Assembly: GCF_006345805.1 (NCBI RefSeq)
Contig: NC_043002.1
Span: forward strand, 68,634,001-68,698,000
Length of the DNA: 64,000 nt
Source of the DNA: Octopus sinensis
Taxonomy: Eukaryota
Direction of reading: 5' to 3'
In this document: piece by piece, positions 1-13,299 of the stretch
Layout: every line of letters begins with the position of its first letter
Position numbering within the stretch: position 1 is the stretch's first letter
The notes under the pieces: generated by a model
Database searches by the model: none
Seen by the model: only the letters and a program-made list of their open reading frames with translations
Told to the model about the DNA's origin: nothing
Position numbers and translations under genes: made by a program

Positions 1-3
1 TAA

Positions 4-131
4 AGTGGTTGGCATTAGCAAGGGCATCCAGCCGTCGAAAGAGCTTGGTGCAGTTCTCTGGCTGGCCAGTTCCTATCAGACCATCCAACCCATGCCAGCA
101 TAGAAAACAAATGCTAAATGATGATGATGAT
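4..131 (+). mobile_element. RTE-LINE-type 3' tail element ending in (GAT)n
   Basis: gtggttggcattag..gggcatccagcc...aacccatgccagcat...aaatgatgatgatg; the same motif recurs more than 10 times in the window. Confidence 0.75.
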
Positions 132-439
132 GCACTTTCTTGTGTATTGTTATGCACATGATCTCCTAGTCTGTGAAAAAATTGTCCTGCATGAAACTGG
201 TCCACAGTGTAAAAAACAGGTTGGAGATTGCTGATGTACAAGGCCTCTGAGACAAGTAAGAAAGAAGGAGAACAGTATCTCCCAACCAGAGACCAGGTCA
301 GAATTTTGTAATAGAGTGGACACTGTTTAAAAATACTAAAGGCACCAGATGGTGGATTAAGTCTAGTAACCAAGTAGGCCAGGGTGGAATTTGAACTCAG
401 AATAAAAAGAACTAGTACAAAAACACAAGGTATCTGGTT

Positions 440-645
440 CAACATTCTCTACAGTTCCACCAATCCATTATCCTGGATTGATACCTTTATTTATTTATTT
501 ATTTTTCTTCATATTCAGCCTTGAAAGGATGAAAGGTGAAATTGAACTTGGTGAGATTTGAACTCAGAATGCAGAGAATCAGAACAAACAAATACCATGA
601 AACATTTATCTGATGCTCTGACGACTCAGCCAATATGCTGCTTAA
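440..645 (-). mobile_element. SINE family B (tRNA-like head, Deu/Nin-like core), degenerate
   Basis: Reverse complement of the ttctgagttcaaat...ctttcatcctt...ataaataaggtatc core seen in the 12362 and 61834 copies; boundaries approximate. Confidence 0.6.
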
Positions 646-2040
646 AATTTTATCGACTTCCAACTTTTCTACCACCACTATAACAACACAACCCAACAAA
701 TCTGAAGAGACACCCTACCAACATATTAAAAGGGATATAAAATAATGAATTAATAATAGTAATAATAATAATAAAGTGTACCTCTTACTTCATAATATAT
801 TCCACGCATGCACTCAAATGTATATGTGCATACATGTTAGTGTGTGATGTCATTATTGTAATTCTTTTTATTACACCTGTTGTTTTTGCATTTATAATAG
901 TAGACAAAACAGGTGTACAAGTTCGCTGTTCTCTAACTTCGTCACTCAAAAATCATGAGTCAGATATAAATAAAGAAAGGTACATTAAAAATCCCCTTTC
1001 CTCCCCTCTCACCAAGAAACACTGACAAATCACAAATGGCCAATGATTGTCAAGGGAAAATAATTTTATTGATTTATTTATTTATTTAATTCTATATCCA
1101 TCTCATACATTTATTAGAGGAAATGTTATATACAATTATCAAACAGGTGAACTAAAATTTGAACAACAGGTTGGCAGCTGGATAGTTTACCACTGTCCTG
1201 AGTCAGACAAACAAATACAGAATCACACAGATATATATGAGAAGAGAGACAGACAGACAGAGACAGAGTGTCAGCCATTAGAATGAGTTGACTCATAATG
1301 ATAATAATAATATAAACATTGCTGGCTAAGAGGAAATAGATGGATCAGTGGATTAGATGTACTGAAAGATATGCAATAAAACTTATAAATATTTGTCTAT
1401 TTTATCCTTGTTTAGTCAGAAGGAGTTCAAAAGTGGGGGAGAAAAAAAAACAGTTTCAGTTCAGCATCTAGCTGAGGTTTAATTTAATTTAATCCATTAT
1501 CATGTGTCATAGGTAATCTCAAATAAATACTTGAGCAAAATTAAACTGTCAAATAATTCAGGATGATCCACAAGCTCAAAGCTTCCATCTGGCATAAAGC
1601 TTTGCTATATTTATTTCTGTACCTTTTTTTCCCTTGCTTGCATAGGTCAAATAGAATTTGTTGAGATAAATTTCCTATGGTTGGATGCCTTTCCTGTCAT
1701 CAACCCTCACATGTTTCAAAGCAAGGTAATATTGTGGCAGTAGAGTCCTCAGATATTTTCTCTTTACGGTCCTATCTTAAGCAACCATCATTACACTTGT
1801 CTGTCAGACTTCCAAGCATGAGCAACTGAGACTGCGGATATCGTGCAACTACCTTGTTCTTGGCCTACCCCACCACCACCCGGGTCTCCTGCTGGTTGAC
1901 TTTGCTTGTAGATTCCATTTTGCAATCCTTTCCTGTGGCATTAGTTTGTGTAGATAAAGTTATTTTAAAATGTATTGGCTAAGTAATCAACTCCAGCTTA
2001 TCGTCTCTACTGTACAGCATTCTCATGCATTTAAAAGTAA

Positions 2041-2756
2041 TCTATATATATATAAAACTGAGAATGTGTGTCTGTCTGTGTGAATCCCTAAAACTTGAGA
2101 ACTACACAAGCAATTTCATTCAAATTTTACACATGCCTTACTTAGGGTCCATGTAGTGTCATGGGCAAAAAATTTTTCAACTTCTTGCCTAGGGCGAGCC
2201 CACAGCAATATCATATCTTCTCCACTATTTCAATATTACGTGTTAAAAGTGAAACAGAAACATCTCTCTATTGTAATGTCAGATGCTTTCACTTTAATAC
2301 TGAAACTGTTAAAGTGAAACTATTATATAAGAGGGATGAACCATTAAGAGTGGACATCCATTTTGCTAGAAGATCCGCTATGGTCTTACCACTAAGAAAG
2401 GAATGGTAAGTCCATAGTGGATCTTCTTCTAGCATAATGGATGTCCACTTACAGGACACCACCCTTATATGTATGTAATATAATTTTTTCTGAAACTTTA
2501 GACTTTTCAATATGCTACACCACTGGTTTTAAATTGATATAAATCAATTTAATATTCAAATTTTCACCCTTATTATTTTAAATTTAACACCCACTACACT
2601 CTTGGAGTGGTTGGCATTAGGAAGGGCATCCAGCTGTAGAAACTCTGCCAGATCAAGACTGGAGCCTGGTGCAGCCATCTGGTTGCCAGCCCTCAGTCAA
2701 AACCGTCCAACCCATGCTAGCATGGAAAACGGACGTTAAATGATGATGATGATGAT

Positions 2757-2791
<35 letters not shown>

Positions 2792-3823
2792 GTATATATA
2801 TACATGTATATGTATACATGTATATATATATAGCTGTATATGTATAGATGTATATGTATACATGTATATGTGTAGATGTATATATAGAGAGATGTACATG
2901 TATTATGTACACATATATACATGCATACATTTATACACCCATACACACACATACATAGGTGCAGGTGTGGCTGTGTGCTAACAAACTTCGTTCCAAGACA
3001 CATGGTCCTGGGTTCAGTCCCACTGTATGGTGACTTGGCATGTGTCTTCTGCTATAGCCTCAGACCAACCAAAGCCTTCTCAGTGGATTTTGTAGACAGA
3101 AACTGAAAGAAATCAATCGTATATATATGTATATATGTAAGTCTATGTGTGTGTCTTGGTGTTTCTCCCTCATCACTGCTTCACAACTGCTGTTCGTTTA
3201 TTTACAGCCTCAAAACTTACTGGTTTCACAAGAAGAAACTGATACAATAAGTACCAGGCTTATCAAAATAATAAAAAAAAAACACTAGGCAGTCTGGTTG
3301 TGCCTGTCACCTGGATGGTGAGGAATACTACAATGGGAGTGATAACGACTAGGGTGCTGTAGCTGACTGCTTATTGTGATCATTCATCTTTTGGTCTCCT
3401 GTAGCTTTGCTCTCTTTTACAAACCCAGTGAATATATATTTCCTATTTCAAAGAAATTCAAACAATAGATATAGGACCCGAGTTAAAAAGATTCTCAACA
3501 ATTCAACTTCTCTGCTTGACATTAAGACGCCCACTCCCAATAGGGGCCTAACTCTCACATTTTAGAGCTCCATGACCTCCATTTTTCAGGAGCAAAATCC
3601 TTTTAACAGGTTCTATAAGACTGGAATTTTGGAATGTGCGCATAAAAATCAGTAGTATGGGATACATATGGCACGATTACAATTTTTTTAGGGTGTGTAA
3701 AGAGGGAAATATCCCTCATCTGCAATTTTGATGATATTCGAAACATAGGTATTCCAGTTCATTACAGAAAAGTCTAATTCTTCAATTGCATGTAACACGG
3801 GGAACGCCGGGTAACTCTGCTAG
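2041..3823 (+). mobile_element. Non-autonomous Helitron carrying nested SINE/RTE-tail fragments
   Basis: Starts TCTATATATATATAAAACTG right after A2040 and ends ...gggaacgccgggtaactctgCTAG before T3824, with no TSD. Same termini as the 58326 element. Inserts at ~2599-2755 and ~2955-3125. Confidence 0.75.
2349..2449. repeat. ~100-nt inverted repeat (hairpin) inside the Helitron
   Basis: agtggacatccattttgctagaagatccgctatggtcttacca / 12-nt loop / tggtaagtccatagtggatcttcttctagcataatggatgtccact; 3 mismatches (one G-U) and a 3-nt bulge. Confidence 0.9.
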
Positions 3824-4572
3824 TATAAGTTAAAGCAAATAACTTAAATATGCCAATGATGTGAAATTGGGTAATTGTGACATTCTGAAACTTATCTACA
3901 AAAATTCCTTCTCTTCTCGAATGGGCTATGGTGCCCAAGAGCTGACTGTGTATCTCTTCCAGGTGGTACTATTAAATTAGACATGGCCTGGGCCGACTTT
4001 GGTCGAAGCTTATCTAAGTAAATATCCTTCTTGGAACAATACCAGAATGACAAAAGTTAGCGACTCAAAGAAAAAGGGGGAGACAATTTCAAGAAATTAA
4101 GAATTTTTCTCAAGTAACTTTATATGCTTAGAGGGAAACATGTCTATAGTTATGCTCTAGTTTGCAAACAGTGTAATTCTGATAGCAAGCAAGGGATAAC
4201 TAATCAGTACAGAAGAGTTTAATCCAGCTTGTTGAGAGGATCACTGTTCTTAACCTAAATTTGTAAATCAACTTCAAAAAAAATTAATTCTTTATTTATT
4301 GAAATTGTCTTTCCTTCCCTTTGAAAGTTGCTAACTGCAACCAAATTTTTCTCTTTCTCCAACAAAGAAAGGTATTTCAAGCAATTAAGAATTTTTTTGT
4401 TCACAGCATTCCGTACAACTTTCGTTATGTTTGTAAGTTCATTCGTGTGTTGGATACCGTTGAGATTACAAGCTGATAAGAGAATTGAAGACATTCTGTT
4501 TACACAATGATCTTAAAATAACTTTAACAATGGAATTTCTATTTCAAGTAAACAAATGACAAATACTGTGGT

Positions 4573-4602
4573 TTATAAATAAACATTTTCACTCGTGTAT
4601 TC
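4573..4602 (-). CDS. Candidate terminal coding exon (EYTSENVYL*) of a putative minus-strand gene
   Basis: Strong acceptor ttaaccttttctacactccAG; phase 0; stop after 9 codons; no homology recognised. Confidence 0.15.
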   Translation of the reverse strand, partial: EYTSENVYL

Positions 4603-4767
4603 CTGGAGTGTAGAAAAGGTTAATAATTGTAACAATAATAATTATAATAAATAGTGGTGATTCGATAGAAAACCATTAAGTGATTGACTAACGCTGTACA
4701 AAGCATTTAGTTTTATCCTTTGGCAAACTAAACTGCCAGATTCAATATTTTGTTAAGTACAACATAC

Positions 4768-5042
4768 AGATCGACTCAATATCATCTTTCGTTCAGAAAC
4801 ATACAATGTGTCTACATAAGAAATATGTTCAATATTCGAAATATATTGGTTACTTGGCGGAATTTTGGAATGTTCCATTAATTTATGGGGAAACGAAAGG
4901 GGCGCGAAAGCGGGGCGGCGAGTGTCGGATAGAATATAATAAAAAATTAAAATTCCGCCGGTTCCATCATACATGAAATCCCACTGGTACTGATTCAATG
5001 AAATACATTCCTTTCCTAATAAAAATTTGGCCATGGGACCCT
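4768..5042 (-). CDS. Candidate coding exon (GPMAKFLLGKECISLNQYQWDF...ILSRS)
   Basis: 93-codon ORF in non-repetitive, CpG-retaining DNA; long pyrimidine tract and TTAAC branch-like site upstream; GTATGT donor at 4767. Could instead start at ATG 5034 (cccATGG). Confidence 0.3.
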
Positions 5043-5940
5043 CTAATAAATTTTAAATGCTGTTAATTGAAATGAGAAACGGGCAACTATAACGACGGAA
5101 GAAGGAACAGAGAGGAAATTTATCAGCAGACTAAGTATAAAGCGGGAGACAGAAAGCTTGGGTGAAAAAGTGGGTGTGTAATGGAAGTGAGGTAAAACTT
5201 TTTTTAAAGTTCCATATTAGATGGAATAGATTTTTATTTAACAATAAAAGCATAAGTAAACAGATCCATTCAATGGATATGAAAGATATAAGCAAATAGA
5301 TACACGAAATACAAAAAAAAAAGACAAAAAATTGTTCTAACAAGCCAATACTCTAAAGGAGAAGCAAGGGTAAAGGATTGAAATCAGTGCTATACTTGTC
5401 GTTTTGACCCTGACAATGTCCTCGGCAACTGAATTCGAAGTTAGAAACGTTAAAAGAACTGTTTTTGAAATCACAATTACCAAATTGAAAAATCTTAAGT
5501 ACTAAAGCCTATTTTTAAAATAGAATAAGATGGGATGTTGTAACATAGATAAAATTTCCCAAAAGCATTAACAACCTAAGCGAAATGGCCCCAATCATGA
5601 ACTAAACAGTAAACACATTGATAAAAAACAGATTGATAAAAAAAAACAACTAGGTCTTGTACTCGTTATCCTTATATGTTAATCAATAAGATACAAAGAA
5701 AAAGCGGTAAAGTTGTCGAATATGTATGTTTAATTATCACCATCCTACATGAGTGCCCACTAAAATAATTAAACTGAGTTAATTACTGTTCTATAGTATA
5801 TTTTATAGAAATAACTCAGCGCACCTTAAAATTTTTATAGACATTCGGGGATTTCACATCCGCAGGATAAAAATCTTCTTTATGAACTGAGGGAGCTTGT
5901 ATTATGAAGACTAATTAAACAGAACAATAAGATACTATAC

Positions 5941-6044
5941 TTTGGGATTTTTGCAGACGTTTGGGAAGTCTATCATAAATTTCTAAGTGGTCCCTTCCGT
6001 TTTGTAACGGAGGTTGTTGTTTATGTACATATTCCACAACTTTA
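5941..6044 (-). CDS. Candidate internal exon (KVVEYVHKQQPPLQNGRDHLEIYDRLPKRLQKSQ)
   Basis: Acceptor ctagcttttacAG; open only in phase 2; weak donor GTATAG. Confidence 0.22.
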
Positions 6045-6352
6045 CTGTAAAAGCTAGATTATTTTCATGAAGAAAAGTAAAACTTTTACTGACCGTTCTT
6101 TAGTCGAGTTAGATTTGTGACATACAAACAGTGTCTAACTACATCCATAGTCATTTGATTTGCAGTTACCATGTTTAAAACGTTAGATTCAGTGCTTGAT
6201 GAACATGACAACCGAAATTGGCGCCACAGCCTCGTTCTGGCCTAGCAACAGACATGTCATAAACAAAAACAAGCTGTCTCGTTTGAACTTTGAACGGATC
6301 GTTCATTTTAGTCTAGTCATGTCAACAAAGCAACGATTGTTTTTGTTTACAC

Positions 6353-6561
6353 GAACCGGCTGATAAAACGAAAGATGCATGCTCACACACACATATAGAC
6401 ATATATACACACATTCATATATATATATATATGAACCGGCTGATAAAACGAAAGATGAACACTCATACACACATATAAACATATATACACACATTCATAT
6501 ATATAAACCGGCTGATAAAATGAAAGATGCACACACACACACATAGACATATATACACACA

Positions 6562-6570
<9 letters not shown>
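6353..6570. repeat. Three-copy ~75-80-bp tandem minisatellite
   Basis: aaccggctgataaaa(c/t)gaaagatg plus a CA/TA tract repeated at ~6353, ~6433 and ~6506. Confidence 0.9.
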
Positions 6571-6610
<40 letters not shown>

Positions 6611-8337
6611 TTATCTATACACATACAGATAATTATGCATAACATAACATAGAAACAATTAGTCACTGGTTTTTTTTTATTGTTCAGAGGACACGTTACT
6701 TCTTTGAACTACCAGGAGGGTAATGTTATAAAAGAAAAAAAATATCAAAGTTCGAAGTGACAGGAGATGGATTGTGTCGGCATAAATTAGTTCACAATAC
6801 AGAATAGATCTCATGCCGTATGTAAGAAGAGAATTCTAACTTTTCGACGAGGGGAAACTTCACCGAATAATATAAATGTTGCTAAGTGTGGGTGTACGCA
6901 AATGAAGCGTATATTACTAGTATTTATTATTTAAAAGGAAAACGTTTAGATAACATTTGAAACCAGAATAGTAAAGCACTGAATAAAATACTACACAATA
7001 TCTAGATCGGTTCCATATGGTTAGATGAATTCCCAAATAGATGCTTAGTGAGACACTTTGTTGGTGTAGTGTGTAGACAGCACTCCTCAATGTCTTCATA
7101 TTTCGACGGCTTCCCGCTCCTAAAAAAATAAATAAGCAAAAACACCGTTAAAGACTGCAATAATGAAAGGTGAAAGTCCTAAAAATATGACTCAAACTAA
7201 TCAAAGTATCCGGTCTTCGGGGATGAGCTTGTACTAATAATAGGTAAAACACACACAACAAACATTCATGCATATATATTTATATATATGTGTGTGAGTG
7301 TATGAATGTATATGTGTGTGTATATATAAATATATATGTGTGTGTGTATACACACACAAATATTCTTTGACACACATGTATAAGAACGTGTCTTTGTCAC
7401 CTACACTAGCGCTGCCACCGCCGTCCTTGTCCTTTAATCATTTAACTGAATCGCCGAACATAATCTGTTACCCTCCTTTGACCAGAAATTGTTTGACCAT
7501 ACACTAATCCTGAATAAAATACATACAATGTAAGGCTTTGAAGCTGCGGCCATCACTTTTTTTAATCTTACTGGATTAGTGCATCGTGGACGTTGTTTTG
7601 TAACGTGTTAATCAGAGATGGTAGGATGGATTTGTGGGAGATTCGGCTGCTATTTCTACCAGATCAAACGACCGTATAGCGGCTTCTTCATTGATCTGAC
7701 GTGGTATATAGGTATAATTGGTGAGGTTTAATATATACAACGAAGGTTTAATATACGAGTATAAATTTCATTTATTCTTTTTAAATTCAAGAAGGGACAA
7801 TGTGCTCAACTTTTGTTGGACTCCTGAAAGTGGTGAGATCGATATAGTAAATTCCATTTTAAGTTTTGTTGGATGATGTCTGTATGAAAAGCATAAAGAA
7901 AGGGAGTTCCATAAGATTGCACGTTTGACGAAGATTTAGTCTGGGTCTTTGGTAAGGAGTCACAACAATGATGCACAAAGGAGCAACAGGTGAAGCAGGT
8001 GGACTTAGGTGGGAAAAATCCAAAACTTGTTGTTCAAAGGAGTAGAGACTGTTGTACCTAAACTAAAAAAAAAGAAGAGAGAAAAGCAGAGGTGGGGATT
8101 CAGCATGTGTGTGTCTTTATGGTTATGTGTTTGGTGAATGGAAGTTGGCCAAACAAACTACATAGAAAGTTTGATCTCCTCCTTTCAATATTGACAAAGG
8201 TTTAGAATATAAGGCTTCATGGGAAGGCTGTCGGAGAATAAATGTCCCAGTATGTGTATAAAAAAAAAAACACCTTTTAGGTAAAGGGCTGTAGGCTTAA
8301 TCCAGCATTCTATTTAATTCTATTGGTGCTAACTCAC

Positions 8338-8355
8338 CTGAAACTACCCTTAGTT
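8338..8355 (-). CDS. Candidate 18-nt micro-exon
   Basis: ctaat + tattctttttctttcattt...ttgttatAG | aactaagggtagtttcag | GTGAGT. Confidence 0.3.
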
Positions 8356-8889
8356 CTATAACAATTTGTATGTACCAAATAAATGAAAGAAAAAGAATAA
8401 TTAGTTGATATAACCTTTATTTTATCATTGCACTGTGAGATACAACTTCTTAGAGTTGCAATTTGCAGTTTTGTTATCCATTCTGTAGGTAGTTAAATTC
8501 ATCTGTGAGTGACTACTAAAAGATGCATGGATGAAGTAGTGTTAGCCTGGCATGCTAACATTTCTATAACCCCAGACTGACCAAAACCTTGTAAGTGGAT
8601 CTGGTCGATGGAAACTGAAAGAAGCCCGTTGTATGTGTATGTGTGTGCGTGCACGCATGTATGTCCTCTTGTTGTGACATCATGTGATGGTTGTAAATGA
8701 GCTTCATTGTCATACAAGTGGTGTTGCAGTTTACCAATCTTCTGTGTAAACATGTTCAATCATGTGGAAATATTTTACACTGCTTGGAAACAGGTGAAGG
8801 CTGATCACAAGAAGAACATCTACCCATAGAAGGTTTGCCTTAATGAATTTTGTCTGGCCTATGCAAGTATGGAAAAATAGATGTTGATG

Positions 8890-9110
8890 AGGGTGACAAA
8901 CTGGCAGAATCATTAACATGCTGGGCAAAATGCTTAGTGGCATTTCAACCATCTTTACATTCTGAGTTCAAATTCTGCCCAGGGTCGACTTTGCCTTTTA
9001 TCTTTTGGGAGTCAATGAAATAAGTACCAGTTGAGTACTGGGGTTGATGTAATCAACTTACTCCTTTCCCAAATTTGTTGGCTTTGTGCCGAAGTCTGAA
9101 ACCAATATGA
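8890..9110 (+). mobile_element. SINE family B copy
   Basis: ctggcagaatcattaacatgctgggcaaaatgcttag...ttctgagttcaaattc...gtcgactttgcc...aagtaccag. Confidence 0.7.
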
Positions 9111-9986
9111 CAATATTGATGGTTTAAGACTTTGCTGATATCAAATGCGAAAGCTTTAGTTTCTTCATGGATTTCTGAGACTAGATATAAATTTGATGTT
9201 AAGCAGTATATACCGAGATACCTTTACATTGCCAAATACAACAGAATTAATAAAATATGCTATTATAAAAATACTGAAGTTGAAGCTAAATTATTTACAA
9301 ACTCAAAATGAATCATATATATGTAATTTCTTTGTTTATGTTTTAGTCTGGAAGACAGCAGCATTCATGGTCATAGCCTTGGGTCAGCCAAAACATCTTC
9401 AGAGAAATTTGGTAGATGAGAACTATGTGGAATCCTGCCAGATGTCTATGAAACATATATAAATACATTCATACACTCACATTGTATGCATATATATATA
9501 TATATATATATATCCTCTTCTCTGTGTATGTGTGTGTGTAAATGTATATATGTTATATATATCATCATCATCATCATCATCATCGTTTAATGTCCGTTAT
9601 ATATATATATATATATATATATATGCATGCAGACCTATATGTTTGTGCTTGTGTATTGGCAATATGTGGCAAAGAGACAATAAAAGGCTTTATGGTATTG
9701 TGTTGCACCCAGTTACATCCCTTTTTGCCAAGGTCAATTTTATCTTTTTCTGGCTCTCAAAGCCAATGAAACGAGTACCAAAGTACTACTGAGTCAATGT
9801 TAATCAACTGAAGTCATAGAATCCAGTGCTCTAGCATGGCCACAGGGCAATGACTAAAATAATAAAATTAAAAATAATATCAGTATAAAAATAATATTAG
9901 AATAAAAACAGAAAAATATAATTTGTAGCCCTTTTTGGTGATGGCTTTGGTGACGTTTATCCATTGACATTATGGTCAACCTGCAG

Positions 9987-10060
9987 GAACAACAAACAAG
10001 ATGAGGACAAATATCCGTCAAATGTAAATAATGTACACAATTCCTCATTTCTTAAATATA
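9987..10060 (+). repeat. Partial copy of the hammerhead-bearing repeat at 60655-60825 (ribozyme part missing)
   Basis: aacaacaaacaagatgaggacaaatatccgtcaaatgtaaataatgtacacaattcctcatttcttaaatata is the reverse complement of 60655-60738. Confidence 0.75.
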
Positions 10061-10119
10061 GAACTGTATAAGTTACTTTGTTGTAAAGCTAATTTTTGTA
10101 AGTGGGTTCTAACAAAAAT

Positions 10120-10430
10120 TAATCAGAATTTCTGGCAAAGAGTTTCCAGTTGTTTGATCAACTGAACAACCACACTTATTGAATCAGTATGTAAGTGGCT
10201 GAGTATCACAAAGACACGTGTCCCCTTAATGTAATTCTCAAGTAGAATCAGGGTGACACAGGGTGATAAGGCTGAATCTTTGAATTACAAGTATAATCCA
10301 TTTGATAGACTTTGCCAGTTTCCATGTAACTGGTGTCACTCAAAAGATTAGAAAATGACACTTGCTTGAGATTGAACTAGAGACCTTGTGATTGCAAAGC
10401 AAAATTCTTAACTATTCAGCTGTGCAACAC
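10120..10430 (-). mobile_element. SINE family C (tRNA head), degenerate
   Basis: Reverse-complement similarity to the 39950 and 42800 copies; boundaries approximate. Confidence 0.5.
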
Positions 10431-10622
10431 ATACAGTTGGAATGTACAAACACCTAAATGACTCCAGATACATTAGTAATACTATTTTAATAAAAACTTA
10501 GAGGATAAAAAAAAAAAACAGCACTGATCCTGATAGAATTTGATCTCAAGACAAAGCATGATGAATTGAATTAAATTCTATAATGTGTTGAATCAATCAC
10601 CAAACATGTACTGATTTCGTAC

Positions 10623-10640
10623 CTTATCTTCAACAAACTT
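10623..10640 (-). CDS. Candidate 18-nt micro-exon
   Basis: atctccatttatgcacAG | aagtttgttgaagataag | GTACGA; open in phase 0 or 2. Confidence 0.22.
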
Positions 10641-11629
10641 CTGTGCATAAATGGAGATGGATATATAAAGGTATGACAACTTTCTTGTATAAATTAAAAA
10701 TATGGAAGTCTATTTGTAAATGTGAAATACTTTTTTCTGTCACTGAGTTAGAATAAAACCAATACTTGTTCATTCTTCCTTAACAATGACCTACATTCAG
10801 CTCTATTCTGAGATTTTTTTAGAGAAAAATATGAAATGACTTGACTATGTTCGACTTACCTTAGAAAACAACAACAGAAAAATATGAGGCAGTGGGTGAG
10901 TCTCCATGCAGTCACTTAATTTGCAAGAAATAACTATAAAATCTCCTTTGAACTCATAATTTCACTGTCATGGAAAAGGAAAATGCATTGGCTTATATGT
11001 CATCCAAGGGAGAAAGATAGAATGACCATAACTGGACTGGCTTTAATCATATATTTAGTTATTCAGGGTAGTCCACAGCTGCTGCTGCCACCACCACCAC
11101 CTCCATTTTGGAATTGCCTTTTCTTAGAGAGATGCCTAAACAAAGACTAGGAATCTCTCACACCCAGCTGTTGGATGGCTGTTGACTCTAATGAGATCAT
11201 TTGCCCTTTGACAGATTTTGTTTTTCATCCTGTAGGGTGTCCAATGTAAACCATCTTCCTTACCAAGCAAAAGGTGTAGAGCTTCTGGTCTATTCACTGA
11301 TGGACCATTCATGTGACAGGTTGTACTGTGTTATATGTTACCAGCAGCACTAAGAGTAACCTGCACTACACACACACAGATACACAAACAAATACTGATG
11401 TAAGGACATGCATACATACACACAACACATATATACCAAAAATGGTGGTGGCGTGGTGTAGGCATTGCTATTTGCCATGTAGAGATGTGTCAATCAAATG
11501 TTTAATTCTGATTGAACTTCTTAGCTCAGCCTTTTCATTTTACATACCATGCGTCCATGATCTCCGAGTCATACACAAATATTGGAGAGAAATTGATCCA
11601 GTTATTCTGATTTACTGTTAACAGCATTT

Positions 11630-12190
11630 TACTCTTTTATTTGTTTCAGTCATTTGACTGCAGCCATGCTGGAGCACCATCTTTAGCCAAACAAATGGAT
11701 CCCAGGACTTATTCTTTGTAAGCCTAGTACTTATTCTATCGGTCTCTTATGTTGAATTGCTAAGTTACAGGTACGTAAACACACCAATATTGGTTGTCAA
11801 GTGATGGTGGGGGGGACAAACACAGACATATCAATTCATACATACATACACACACACACACATATATATATATATCGGAGTGGTTGGCATTAGGAAGGGC
11901 ATCAAACTATAGAAACTCTGCCAGATCAGATTGGAGCCTGGCGCAGCCATCTAGTTCGCCAGTCCTCAGTCAAATCGTCTAACCCATGCTAACATGGAAA
12001 GCAGATGTTGAAGGCTGATAATGATGATATGATGGGCTTCTTTCAGTTTCCGTCTACCAAATCCACTCACAAAGCTTTAGTCAGTCCAAGCTATACTAGA
12101 AGACACTTGCCTAAGGTGCTATGCAGTGGGACTGATCCCCTAACTATATGGTTGGGAAGCAAGCCCCTTACCACACAGCCACTCCTGCGC
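11630..12190 (-). mobile_element. SINE family A (tRNA head, internal microsatellite) with an RTE-tail element inserted at ~11878-12030
   Basis: Tail ttgtttcagtcatttgactgc...; head ...accacacagccactcctgcgcc; matches the full copies at 56221 and 62069. Confidence 0.75.
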
Positions 12191-12361
12191 CTACACAGCA
12201 TTTTACTTAGGACTTCAAGAGGTATGCAGGCCACAGAGAAGAGACATAACAAAATACATGGTTCTTGACAGCAAAACAGTACTCCAAGAAAAATTGGAGA
12301 TCCTTGATAGAATTGCCAGTTACTTGGACAACCTGCTAATTATCTCATACACGAGATAATA

Positions 12362-12820
12362 AGATGGTGAGCTGGCAGAAACGCTTAGCAGTATTTCACT
12401 TAGCCGGGCGAAATGCTTAGCAGTATTTCGTCTGTCTTTATGTTCTGAGTTCAAATTCCACTGAGGTTGACTTTGCCTTTCATCCTTTAGGGTGTCAATA
12501 AATTAAGTACCGTTTGCATACTAGGGTTGATCTTATTGACTGGCCCCCTCCCCCAAATTTTGGGCCTTGTGCCTAGTGTAGAAAAGAATATATTTCACAT
12601 TGTAAGGCAGCAAGATGGCAGAATCATTAGCACACCAGGCAAAATGTTTGGCAGTATTTCATCTGTCTTTATATTCTGAGTTCAAATTCCACTGCGGTTG
12701 ACTTTGCCTTTCATCCTTTTGGGGTCAATAAATTAAGTACTGGTTGCATACTAAAGTTGATCTAATCAACTGGGCCCCTCCCCAAAATTTCGGGCCTTGT
12801 GCCTAGAGTAGAAAAGAATA
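12362..12820 (+). mobile_element. Two tandem SINE family B copies
   Basis: ggtgagctggcagaaacg...gtagaaaagaata (12362-12590) followed by a second copy (12606-12820). Confidence 0.8.
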
Positions 12821-13299
12821 AGGGAAGCCCTACCTAGTCATTTGGCCTGCTAGAAATAGCAGCCAAGTTTCCTTCTTAGACAAGAAGGACACTTTAGATA
12901 CTGGATGGTGGTGCACTATGTTCTTGAGCAAGAAATTTCATTTCACATTGCTCCTGCTCTCTCGGATCTACTCACAAGGCTTTGGTTGGTCAAGGCTATA
13001 GTAGAAGACATTTGCCCAAGGTGTCACACAATGGGACTGAACTCGGAGCCTTTTGGTTGTTAAGCAAGCTTCTTATCACACAGCCATGCTTTTGGTTTAT
13101 GTATAGAAATTATCAACATTGAAAGCTTCCAATAAAATTTCCTGCTAATTTATGCTTCAAATGCTAGTTTGATAATGATAAAATTATTTCAGTAAGTTAT
13201 CAATTACTTTCAAGAATTAATTGAAACAAAAAGTAGTGTATTTCAACAGAAATCATCATCATCATCATCATCACTGCAATGACCACTGCCACCATATGC

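Noticed and set aside
3890-3990. Minus-strand HSPFEKRR resembling the GABARAP/ATG8 N-terminus
   Set aside because: Only six residues match, followed by a stop.
3963-4432. Plus-strand exons 3963-4017 and 4407-4432 joining to GGTIKLDMAWADFGRSLSNIPYNFRYV
   Set aside because: Good splice signals and compatible phases, but no upstream or downstream partner found, and it competes with the minus-strand model; unresolved without RNA data.
4328-4510. GPCR TM6-like AFRTTFVMFVSSFVCWIP
   Set aside because: Single CWxP-like match with no other TM segments or receptor motifs.
4797-4980. YIGYLAEFWNVPLI resembling an ANF-receptor/guanylyl cyclase segment
   Set aside because: The preceding GPxC motif is absent and there is no usable donor.
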